Source of the DNA: an uncultured Candidatus Saccharibacteria bacterium
GTDB lineage: Bacteria > Patescibacteriota > CALEFQ01
Reading direction: 5' to 3'
DNA: 64,000 nt
NCBI GenBank assembly: GCA_965230955.1
Contig: OZ246404.1
Coordinates: 1,060,024-1,124,023, forward strand
This document shows positions 47,360-56,148 of this stretch, piece by piece. The notes under the pieces are model-generated. The model was given only the letters and a program-made list of their open reading frames with translations. It had not been told where the DNA came from and did no database searches. Position 1 is the first letter of the stretch. Every line of letters begins with the position of its first letter. The position numbers and the translations under genes were made by a program.

Positions 47360-48817
47360 ATGTCCTTTGTTAAGCGTAAAATTGCCATTTCCACCGCCTT
47401 TCAGTTTTCCGGGAAAATAATCTCCACCCTATTGGGACTGGTTTCTATCGCTATGATTACCAGGCATCTCGGGGTGGAAGGCTATGGCCAGTATGCTACC
47501 GCAATTACTTTTGTCGGTATTTTTTCGATTATCGCCGATATGGGGCTGTACATCTATGTGGTGCGGGAGATTTCCAAAAAGGCGGAGGAATCGGAATATA
47601 TCGTCAGTAATGTCTTTACTTTCCGAATTATCAGCGCCTTGGTTTTACTGGCACTGGCTCCTTTAACGGCACTATTTTTCCCATATGGTTCGGTCGTGCA
47701 GACGGCGATACTGATCGCGACTTTGTCATTCTTTTTTATTTCACTGAATCAGGTTTTGATCGGAGTTTTTCAACGGGAGTTTGACACCAAGATGGTGGCG
47801 GCGGGAGAAATAGTCGGACGGGTGGTATTAATTGCCGCTTTGGCTCTGGTCATCTGGTGGAATCTCGGTTTAACGGCGGTCATCTGGGCACTGGTAATCA
47901 GCAGCGCCGCTAATTTTTTCCTTGTTTTTTTCTCGGCTCGTAGCCGAATCAAAATCCGGCTAAGGTTTGATATAAAGTTTTGGAAAGAAATTTTCAAGGT
48001 TACCTGGCCGATCGCTATTTCCGTCGTGCTTAACGCGATATATTTTAAACTGGATATGGTATTTTTGTCTGTCATGAAATCGGAATATGACGTGGGGTTG
48101 TACGGCGAAGCTTATAAAATTCTGGAAGTTCTAATCGCTTTCCCCGCCATGTTTGCCGGCTTACTCATGCCGTTGCTAAGCCAGAGCGCCTTTGTCGATT
48201 GGCCTAAATTTAAAAATGTTTTAGGGAAAGGTTTTGATTTTTTAATTATGGCCGCCCTGCCGATCTTGGTGGGCGGCTGGGTATTGGCGGAGCCGATCGT
48301 GGTTTTTGTGGGCGGACGGGATTTTGTCGGCGCGGCGCCGATTTTAAGGATTCTGGTGATCGCGACGGCGCTGATTTTCATCGGCAATTTATTTGCCAAT
48401 GCGGTCGTGGCGGTTAACAAGCAGAAACAAATGGTCTGGATGTACCTCCTGACCTCTGTCGCCGCGGTCATTTTATATTTTGTGACGATTCCCCCTTTTT
48501 CTTATTTCGGAGCGGCCTGGTCGACGGTGGCGGTGGAAGCCCTGATGGCTTTGTTGGCTTTTATCATGGTTTGGAAAACATCTCGCGCCCGGCCGTCACT
48601 GAAGAATTTAGGCAAGGCGATTTTGGCCGCGGCGGTGATGGCCGGCGTCCTGATTATCGGGGTGAATTGGTGGCCCGGGGACATGGTCTGGTGGAAAATG
48701 GTAATATTGTTAGCACTGGGCTTATTCGGGTATATCTCTATTATCCTTGGTACTGGAGCAATAAGTCGAAAAGATATCAACGAGATTGTTAGGACTAAGG
48801 CGCCCAGTAAAGTTTAA
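47360..48817 (+). CDS. Polysaccharide flippase (Wzx/MOP family)
   Basis: ~14 TM, RHLGVEGYGQY, DMGL, D.VFLS...VGLY..AY. Confidence 0.9.
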   Translation: MSFVKRKIAISTAFQFSGKIISTLLGLVSIAMITRHLGVEGYGQYATAITFVGIFSIIADMGLYIYVVREISKKAEESEYIVSNVFTFRIISALVLLALAPLTALFFPYGSVVQTAILIATLSFFFISLNQVLIGVFQREFDTKMVAAGEIVGRVVLIAALALVIWWNLGLTAVIWALVISSAANFFLVFFSARSRIKIRLRFDIKFWKEIFKVTWPIAISVVLNAIYFKLDMVFLSVMKSEYDVGLYGEAYKILEVLIAFPAMFAGLLMPLLSQSAFVDWPKFKNVLGKGFDFLIMAALPILVGGWVLAEPIVVFVGGRDFVGAAPILRILVIATALIFIGNLFANAVVAVNKQKQMVWMYLLTSVAAVILYFVTIPPFSYFGAAWSTVAVEALMALLAFIMVWKTSRARPSLKNLGKAILAAAVMAGVLIIGVNWWPGDMVWWKMVILLALGLFGYISIILGTGAISRKDINEIVRTKAPSKV

Positions 48818-48918
48818 AGATTTAAAGTTCAAAATTTAAGGGAAATTGAAATATAGTAATATAAAAGTTCAACTTTAACACTTTGAGTTCCGAACTTGCT
48901 GGCGTAATCAATTTACTT

Positions 48919-50049
48919 ATGAATATATTAATTATCAAAAATCCGATTTCTTCACAGCCGCACGGCGGCGGAGAGCGGCATACCATGCAATTGGTTGATC
49001 ATTGGCGGAAGAATGGCCACAAGATCTATTTTGCCACAACTTGTCCTTATCTGCGTGATATGGCACGGCATGACCGATTCAAAGTTGACGATATCAGTTG
49101 GGCGGGAGCCGAAGCCGTGACGGAAAAAGCCCTGGCCGCTTTTATTTTTTCTTGGCCGATACTGCGCCAGCGCTGGCAAAAATATTTGGCTAGAATGAAA
49201 AAGGAATACCAAATCGAGGTTTTGTATATATATTCCTGGAACGAAAAATTTCTTCTTGGCCCAATCGCTCGCAAGCTTGGAATGAGGCTGGTTTTTGTGG
49301 AGCACCGTTTGCTGGAAAATTTCATCCGCCTCAATCCCTTTCGGAAATGGTATGTGAAAAACTCCGCCTTGGGCGCTGTGGTGGCGGTATCGGAAGCTGT
49401 TAAGCGCGGTGTTTTGGCGGTCGGCGTTCCAGAAGAGAGAGTAAGAGTAATTTATAACGGCATTGATTTGGCTGAGTTTGAAAACTTTAAGAAACAGCCC
49501 CATCGCGGATTGCGCTTCGGCACGATCAGCCGTCTTTCCGGCGACAAAGGTTTGGGAAACCTGATTGGAGCGGCGATGAAAATCAGGGAAACAATACCTG
49601 ACATTATGGTGGAAATTGTCGGTGACGGTCCGGATCGAAAAATGTTGCTGGATTTGGTGAAAAAGCTCGGGTTACACGATACGGTCCGGTTTCACGGCAG
49701 TCTCCCGCGCAATCAGGTGGTAAGATTCTTGGGCACCTTGGATATTTTTACTCTGACTCCGACTCACGGCGAATCTTTTGGCTTGGTCTTGGCCGAAGCC
49801 GGTGCCGCCTTTCTCCCTTGTGTTGTGACTGATGTCGGCGGGGTGGCTGAAGTGGTCAAAAATAACGAGACCGGAATCGTCGTTCCGGCGGAAAATTCGG
49901 CGGCGCTGACCGTGGCGCTGAAAAAACTTTTGGATAATTCCGCCTGGCGGGAAAGATTGGGACGCGCTGCCAGGGCGCGAGTGGAAAAGATGTTTACGCT
50001 GAAGAGGATGCTGAATGATTTTGATCAATTATTATTACCCGAGCGGTAA
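48919..50049 (+). CDS. Glycosyltransferase family 4
   Basis: GGGE, VIYNGID, RLSGDKG, ESFGLVLAEA. Confidence 0.92.
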   Translation: MNILIIKNPISSQPHGGGERHTMQLVDHWRKNGHKIYFATTCPYLRDMARHDRFKVDDISWAGAEAVTEKALAAFIFSWPILRQRWQKYLARMKKEYQIEVLYIYSWNEKFLLGPIARKLGMRLVFVEHRLLENFIRLNPFRKWYVKNSALGAVVAVSEAVKRGVLAVGVPEERVRVIYNGIDLAEFENFKKQPHRGLRFGTISRLSGDKGLGNLIGAAMKIRETIPDIMVEIVGDGPDRKMLLDLVKKLGLHDTVRFHGSLPRNQVVRFLGTLDIFTLTPTHGESFGLVLAEAGAAFLPCVVTDVGGVAEVVKNNETGIVVPAENSAALTVALKKLLDNSAWRERLGRAARARVEKMFTLKRMLNDFDQLLLPER

Positions 50050-50069
50050 TTAATCTTAAGTATTATCAA

Positions 50070-51176
50070 ATGGTGATCGGTATTGATATTCGCGCTCTGT
50101 CAGGACAGAAGGCCGGCAAAGGCTGGTCCGTTTATCATATCCTGAAAAAGTTGGCTTTTTTACCTGAAGCCAGCCAGCACCGATTCGTTTTGTATGCCAA
50201 AGACAAGCCGTCTTTGGACTTCGCCCTGCCCGCTAATTTTTCCGTCCGGATAAAAAAGCACCCCAGCCTCTTGTGGCATTGGGCGGTGGCCAATGAATTA
50301 AATTTTTCACGCCGAATTGATGTTTATTTTTCCCCGGTTTCTTTTATTGTCCCGGCCCTGGTGCCCGGGAAATGCGTGGTGATGGTAAATGACTTGGTGG
50401 CTCGTCTTTTCCCGACCGCTCATAACCGCAAAGCGATGGTGATTGAAAATCTGACTTTGTCGCCGGCGCTGAAGAAATCCCGAGCGATTATCGCTATTTC
50501 GGAGAGCACGAAGAATGATCTGATAAAGTATTATCCTTTTACCAAAAGTAAAATCACCGTTGCATATTTGGCGGGCAATGGTTTTCCCGATGTGGCCAGC
50601 GAATCAGAGCAACAGGCCGTGCTTCTGAAGTATAAATTGCCGACGAAATTTTTGTTTTTTATCGGAACCTTTGAGCCGCGCAAAAATATAGTGCGAATTA
50701 TCGAGGCCTTTGCCCGCGTCCAGGGTGAGATTGGCGCGGATCTGGTTTTGGCCGGAAAAAAGGGCTGGCAGTGGGAAGAAATTTTTGAAAAGATTAAACA
50801 CTTGAAACTGGAGTCGAAGGTTCGTTATTTAGATTATGTTGATAGTAAAGATTTGCCGCTTTTGTATCAACTGGCCGATCTTTTGGTTTTCCCTTCGCTT
50901 TATGAGGGCTTTGGCTTGCCGGTGTTGGAAGCCATGCAGGTGGGTTGTCCGGTATTGACCAGTAACGTTTCTTCGTTGCCGGAGGTGGCTGGCCAAGCCG
51001 CGGTTTTGGTCAATCCTCGGAGTATTTCCGAAATTGCCAACGGTATTAAAGAAGCGTTGCGCCGACGTGAGGAATTGATTAATCTGGGGATAGTTCAGGC
51101 CGAAAAATTTTCTTGGAAGAAAACAGCCGAAATCATTTTAGAGATATTGTCTGAAAAAAAAACGGCGACACCGTAA
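50070..51176 (+). CDS. Glycosyltransferase family 4 (mannosyltransferase-like)
   Basis: GTFEPRKN, FPSLYEGFGLPVLEAM, SSLPEV. Confidence 0.93.
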   Translation: MVIGIDIRALSGQKAGKGWSVYHILKKLAFLPEASQHRFVLYAKDKPSLDFALPANFSVRIKKHPSLLWHWAVANELNFSRRIDVYFSPVSFIVPALVPGKCVVMVNDLVARLFPTAHNRKAMVIENLTLSPALKKSRAIIAISESTKNDLIKYYPFTKSKITVAYLAGNGFPDVASESEQQAVLLKYKLPTKFLFFIGTFEPRKNIVRIIEAFARVQGEIGADLVLAGKKGWQWEEIFEKIKHLKLESKVRYLDYVDSKDLPLLYQLADLLVFPSLYEGFGLPVLEAMQVGCPVLTSNVSSLPEVAGQAAVLVNPRSISEIANGIKEALRRREELINLGIVQAEKFSWKKTAEIILEILSEKKTATP

Positions 51177-51204
51177 AGATGTCGCCTGGGAGTGGTTGAT
51201 TCCG

Positions 51205-51453
51205 TTAGATTTCTTTTTCCCAGCCGTCGGCCGCGGCCAATTCAGTTATTTTGGCGATTAGCGCGACCAGGCCAAGTGACTGGTTTTCCGGAGCCGTTAT
51301 CAGGGTGTGAGCGCGACGCGCGCAATTAGATTCCGCTTGTCGGGCACGACTGTCCAGATACATAGCTAAGCCTGTAGATCCGTTTTTTTCCGCTTCCCTG
51401 ATAATTTCTGGCATCAGCCAATTCCACTGTGATTTTGCGACAATGTTTCCCAT
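51205..51453 (-). CDS. Hypothetical protein, antisense orientation within the glycan cluster
   Basis: AAAGGAGGT SD before ATG 51453; terminator at ~51153-51187. Confidence 0.55.
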   Translation of the reverse strand: MGNIVAKSQWNWLMPEIIREAEKNGSTGLAMYLDSRARQAESNCARRAHTLITAPENQSLGLVALIAKITELAAADGWEKEI

Positions 51454-51497
51454 AGGCACCTCCTTTCGCAAAAATCAGCATATCATAACGAAATCAG

Positions 51498-53000
51498 ATG
51501 AAAATAGCAACTAAAAAAGGAAAATTTTTCTCCTGGTTGATACTGGCTGGTACCGCGGTTGTTTTGATCGGGGCTTTTTTAAGCGCCTATTTTACTTGGC
51601 TGGCCATTCCGATTATTATCGGCGTTGTTTTATTTATCGCGGCATTGGTATTGATTCTGGATAAGCCTTGGCTCGGCGTGCTGTTAACGGCTTTCTTTTT
51701 GCCTTTTGAAAGAATCGGCGGCTTCGATCTCATCGGCCAAAATACCATCAAAATCAATCAATTGTTCGCCGCGGCGACAATTATCGCCTGGCTGCTTTGT
51801 TATCTGATTATTACCAGAAAATCTCCGACCCGCACCCCGATTACCTGGCCGATACTCGCCTATCTGGCGGTGGCGACAATTTCACTCATCAATGCCGTCA
51901 ATTTGGAACGCGCTTTGATGATTTGGATTTTCACTTTTTTCGTCATGATGTTTGCTCTGACAATTTCTCAGGTGGTGACCGAAGCAACCCATGTCCGTAA
52001 AATAGTTTTGGCCTTGCTGATCTCGGCCGGTTTGGTGGCGTTGTTCGGCCTTTATCAATTCGCCGGTGACGTGGTGGGACTGCCGGCCACCTTGACCGGA
52101 TTGAGGAAGCAGTACACCGATATGGTTTTTGGCTTTCCTCGGATTCATTCCACCGCCCTGGAACCGCTCTATTTCGCGGATTATTTATTGATCCCGATAT
52201 CAGTCGGTTTTATGGTTTGGGTCACGGCGCGCAAGGATGAAGCCAAGAGACTCTCCTGGCGCAAAATAAAAATATCCCACCGGACGATATTGCTGGGGAT
52301 TTTAGTGCTTTCGGTTTTGGCTTTGGTTTTGACCCTGTCTCGGGGCGGGTATCTCGGCCTGGCCGCGGCCGGGGCCGTATTATTGGCGCTAAGTTGGCGA
52401 AAAATATTTCACTGGAAAAATTTTGTTCCAATTATTCTGATTATTGCTTGTGCTTCTTTGGGCGTGATTGCTTTTCTTAATTTTTCCGGAAAGTTCTCGA
52501 TTGATAAATTTTGGCAGCAAGCCACAGAGTATAAAAAAGGAATCAGTGTCGAAGAGCGTTATGATTCTTATAGCGAAGCCGAGAAATTATGGGACGAAAA
52601 TATTTATTTTGGGATCGGTCTGGGAAATTTCGGTCCGCGAGTGGCGCCGTCTCCCCGAGTGATGCCCAAAGAAGGCTGGGCGATCGTGAATAATGAAACT
52701 TTGGAAATATTGGCCGAAACCGGTATTTTCGGCCTGGCGGCGATAGTTGGGCTGTTTATTTTGGTGTTGTGGCGGGCGGTGGCGGGATTGATCAGAGCTC
52801 GCATGATTGCCGATGAAAAAAAGAGGGTTTACCTTTTTGCGGTTTTAGGCGGCTTGTTGGCCGCGCTGATAGGTATTCTTGTCCAGTATCAGACATTTTC
52901 CACTTTATATATTCTCCATGTCTGGTTCGTGGTCGGGATGATTGAGGCGGTGCGAGCCGTGATTGACCGACAGTTACCAAACAGTCTGTCGAAAAAATGA
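51498..53000 (+). CDS. O-antigen ligase/Wzy_C-like membrane protein
   Basis: R..ST..EP..FA, LTLSRGG, GIGLGNF, ILAETGIFG. Confidence 0.88.
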   Translation: MKIATKKGKFFSWLILAGTAVVLIGAFLSAYFTWLAIPIIIGVVLFIAALVLILDKPWLGVLLTAFFLPFERIGGFDLIGQNTIKINQLFAAATIIAWLLCYLIITRKSPTRTPITWPILAYLAVATISLINAVNLERALMIWIFTFFVMMFALTISQVVTEATHVRKIVLALLISAGLVALFGLYQFAGDVVGLPATLTGLRKQYTDMVFGFPRIHSTALEPLYFADYLLIPISVGFMVWVTARKDEAKRLSWRKIKISHRTILLGILVLSVLALVLTLSRGGYLGLAAAGAVLLALSWRKIFHWKNFVPIILIIACASLGVIAFLNFSGKFSIDKFWQQATEYKKGISVEERYDSYSEAEKLWDENIYFGIGLGNFGPRVAPSPRVMPKEGWAIVNNETLEILAETGIFGLAAIVGLFILVLWRAVAGLIRARMIADEKKRVYLFAVLGGLLAALIGILVQYQTFSTLYILHVWFVVGMIEAVRAVIDRQLPNSLSKK

Positions 53001-53011
53001 TATAATCACCG

Positions 53012-53081
53012 TTTCCTGCGGTAATAATTTTCTCGCCTGAAAGCCCTTCGGCAACGGCTCGAAAATTATTACCGCAGGAAA
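53012..53081. repeat. 21-bp perfect inverted repeat with 28-nt spacer
   Basis: TTTCCTGCGGTAATAATTTTC ... GAAAATTATTACCGCAGGAAA. Confidence 0.85.
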
Positions 53082-53115
53082 TCTCTTAAGGATACTAATT
53101 ATCAGAATTTGTTAA

Positions 53116-54579
53116 ATGGTGCTATCTCGCCAAAATTTGATTACCATAATACTCTGTCTCGTCTTGTCGGGCGGGGCTTTTTTACGTCTGTATCAATTAC
53201 CTTCCCTGTTGCATTTCGCCGATGATGAAGGGCGCGATATGCTGATTGCGGAAAAAATAGCGGCCGGAGAGGATTTCCCCTCGCTTGGCCCATCTTCCAG
53301 CACCAGGAATTTTTATCTGGGACCGGTTTTTTACTATGCGATGGGGTTGACTTTAAAAATCTGGGATCATCCGGCATCCCCGGCGATTATGGTGGCGCTG
53401 ATCAGTGTGGTTACCGGATATTTGCTTTATCGCCTGGGTAAAGATGTTTTTTCGCCGTCAGCCGGTTTGATTATGACCGCGCTTTGGTCTTTTTCTTATG
53501 CCGCGATTCTCCAGGGCCGTTGGGCTTGGCATCCAAATGTTTTACCTCTGTTCGTCACGGCGATAATTCTTTGTCTTTTCCATTTGCGGCGTCCCGAGAA
53601 TAACGGCTGGCACGGCGATAATTGGTATGTGATCGGTTTATTTGCCAGTGTGGCGATTGCCGTTCAGCTTCACGCTACGGCCTTCCTGTTGATCCCCGCC
53701 ATAATCATCTATTGGCTCTTTTTCCCACCTAAAATCAAGCAGCCATGGGCTTGGACGGCGGGATTAGTCGTCGCTCTGGGCTTAGTAGCTCCCGTACTGG
53801 CCTATGAATTGAGAAACAACTGGAACAATATCGGCGGGGCTTTTAATCAATTACGCCAAGGCGAACCATATCCGGTGGATAATAGGTTTCTTTATGCGGG
53901 CAAAAGCCTGATGTGGTCCATCGCCGATTTGTTTGGAAATATTAAATATATAGGGCTATGGCTGGTCTTGGTAACAATTCCGGTGTCAGTAGTTTTTATC
54001 TGGAACTTAGTGAAAAATGTCATTATAAAATTCCGGCCTATCAAATGGTTTTTGACTATTTTTCTGCTTATCATCGGATCTTTCTATGTGTTCTTTAGCG
54101 GGCAGTTATTTCCGCATTATTTTATTTTGATTTTTCCGGTGGTTTTTATGTTGATCGGCTTGTTATGGGAAACTCTTAAAAAATATACCTGGTGCCGCTA
54201 TCTTTTGATTGCCAGCTTTGTCGCTATTAGCTATGCTGGAATCAGCGCGACGATTAATCTGGTGGGCGCCTTACAGCGCGGCGATGCGGTTGGTTCGTAC
54301 GGTGTTCCAATCAAAGACGAACAGGCCGCGGTGTCTGCGATCAAAGCTAAATTTGTCGACCGGGTCGAGCTCAATACCCGCGCGCTTGATTCCTATGATC
54401 GGGCTTATCAGTATCTTTTGGAAAAAAACGGGATAACAGTTTCGACGGATGCGAGTACAAAAGTTGTTCTCTATCGCGTTAGCGAATCGCCCGACCTGAG
54501 TGACCTGGAAGAATCCTTTGATTCTTTTGAGCGCGAGACTTTCGGGACAGTCGGATTATTAATCGGTCCTAAAAAATAA
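53116..54579 (+). CDS. GT-C glycosyltransferase (ArnT/PMT-like)
   Basis: FLRLY.L, F..DEGRD, LGP.FYY, R.AWHPN, QLH. Confidence 0.85.
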   Translation: MVLSRQNLITIILCLVLSGGAFLRLYQLPSLLHFADDEGRDMLIAEKIAAGEDFPSLGPSSSTRNFYLGPVFYYAMGLTLKIWDHPASPAIMVALISVVTGYLLYRLGKDVFSPSAGLIMTALWSFSYAAILQGRWAWHPNVLPLFVTAIILCLFHLRRPENNGWHGDNWYVIGLFASVAIAVQLHATAFLLIPAIIIYWLFFPPKIKQPWAWTAGLVVALGLVAPVLAYELRNNWNNIGGAFNQLRQGEPYPVDNRFLYAGKSLMWSIADLFGNIKYIGLWLVLVTIPVSVVFIWNLVKNVIIKFRPIKWFLTIFLLIIGSFYVFFSGQLFPHYFILIFPVVFMLIGLLWETLKKYTWCRYLLIASFVAISYAGISATINLVGALQRGDAVGSYGVPIKDEQAAVSAIKAKFVDRVELNTRALDSYDRAYQYLLEKNGITVSTDASTKVVLYRVSESPDLSDLEESFDSFERETFGTVGLLIGPKK

Positions 54580-55895
54580 TGCTTACTATATTAATAATCA
54601 GTTTAGTGGTGGCGCTGGTCGTCGCCTTGGCGATGTGGCGTCTGGATTGGGCCGTTGGCCTAGTTATTTTGTTATTACCCTTTTATGGCGTGCGCTTCAG
54701 TCTGGGCGGCATTCCATTCACTTTACTGGAAATTGCCTTGCTGGCCTTGGCTGTCGTATTTCTTTTCCGTTTTCAGCTTTATCGCTTAAGTTTCTTCAAG
54801 CAGGCGCTGGATCGTGTTCCTTTTAAAATACCGATTGTAATATTTTTGGCGGCGGCTTCTCTGGGTGTGATAGTTTCTCCGGCACTTTATGACGCCCTGG
54901 GAGAATGGCGTGCCTATTTTATTGAAGCGTTGATTTTCTTCTTTATCTTTGTAAATGTAGTACGCCGTGAGCGGGAACAAAAAACTGTGCTTTGGTCGCT
55001 GGGCGCGACGGCATTGGTTGTTTCTATTTATGCGATCATCCAGCACTTCAGCGGTCTAAATATTCCCGAGCCCTGGGCCGGCGAGGCGGTTCGAAGAGTG
55101 ACGGCGTGGTATGGCTATCCGGTGGCGGTGGCTCTCTTTTTAGCTCCATTGTCAGCTGTTTTCGCGGTCCTGTTGCTGTTACGCCAAACCGTATTGCCCC
55201 GGTTGTTTTCCCTGGCGGTGGTGGCCAGTGGTTTTACCGCAATTTATTTCACTCATTCCCGCGGAGCGATTATCGCTTTGTTGATAGCGATGATTGCTCT
55301 CGGCTTACTACCGACGAAACTTACTGGATTTAGTCCAAAGCTTACTCGTTGGTGGAAAATCGGAATTCTTGTCGTGGCGCTGGCCGGTTTTTTGGTGCTA
55401 TTTCTGGCGCCGGGAATTTCCGAAAGCTTTGTCAGTGTTTTCACCGGCCAGGATAATTCCACCAATGTCCGGCTGGTGATGTGGCAAGGAACCTGGCGAT
55501 TGATTCAGGATCATTGGCTTTTTGGCGCCGGTCTGGCCGGGTTTCCCGCTCTGTACGACCAGTATCGGGAAGCGCGCCATACCGAGTTGCTGTTGTATCC
55601 ACATAATATTATTCTTAATTTCTGGGTGGAAATAGGTCTGGCCGGATTGGTCGCTTTTGTCTGGCTGGTGATTAATTTTTTTCGCAAAGGATTTTCCGCC
55701 CTCCAAAAGCGCAGTCATGTCACTCCCTTGGTCTTGGCGGCTTTGGCCGCGATGTTGGTTATGTTAATTCAGGGAGTGATTGATGTTCCTTATTTCAAAA
55801 ATGATTTGTCCTTATTATTTTGGATTATCATCGGGCTGGTAACTTCCAGTTATGAAATATATCGCTTGGCCGCGAACAAGGATGGTGTTCATTAA
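54579..55895 (+). CDS. O-antigen ligase/Wzy_C-like membrane protein
   Basis: THSRGA, S..VRL.MW, FGAGL.GF, YPHNIILNFWVE.G. Confidence 0.9.
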   Translation: MLTILIISLVVALVVALAMWRLDWAVGLVILLLPFYGVRFSLGGIPFTLLEIALLALAVVFLFRFQLYRLSFFKQALDRVPFKIPIVIFLAAASLGVIVSPALYDALGEWRAYFIEALIFFFIFVNVVRREREQKTVLWSLGATALVVSIYAIIQHFSGLNIPEPWAGEAVRRVTAWYGYPVAVALFLAPLSAVFAVLLLLRQTVLPRLFSLAVVASGFTAIYFTHSRGAIIALLIAMIALGLLPTKLTGFSPKLTRWWKIGILVVALAGFLVLFLAPGISESFVSVFTGQDNSTNVRLVMWQGTWRLIQDHWLFGAGLAGFPALYDQYREARHTELLLYPHNIILNFWVEIGLAGLVAFVWLVINFFRKGFSALQKRSHVTPLVLAALAAMLVMLIQGVIDVPYFKNDLSLLFWIIIGLVTSSYEIYRLAANKDGVH

Positions 55896-55994
55896 GCCAT
55901 TGACCGAAGGGCTCGGATGCGCTATAATGATAATACTAATTAATAAACGGTCGATCTAAAAAACAAAAATTTCTCCGGGTGACGGAGAATTACA

Positions 55995-56108
55995 ATGGAT
56001 AGCAACGTTTTCGATGATTTCTTCTGGAATTATGGCCAGTATTTTGCCGCTTTCTTCGTGGTTGACGGTGAAATTTACGACATAACCGAAATGCTTCAAG
56101 CTAAATAA
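55995..56108 (+). CDS. 37-aa aromatic/acidic small ORF (MDSNVFDDFFWNYGQYFAAFFVVDGEIYDITEMLQAK)
   Basis: TTGACC-17-TATAAT promoter at 55900-55928, GGAG SD, hairpin right after the stop codon. Confidence 0.55.
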   Translation: MDSNVFDDFFWNYGQYFAAFFVVDGEIYDITEMLQAK

Positions 56109-56148
56109 CCAACGGGTGGAGACCTCCACCCGTTTTGTGATGATTCAA

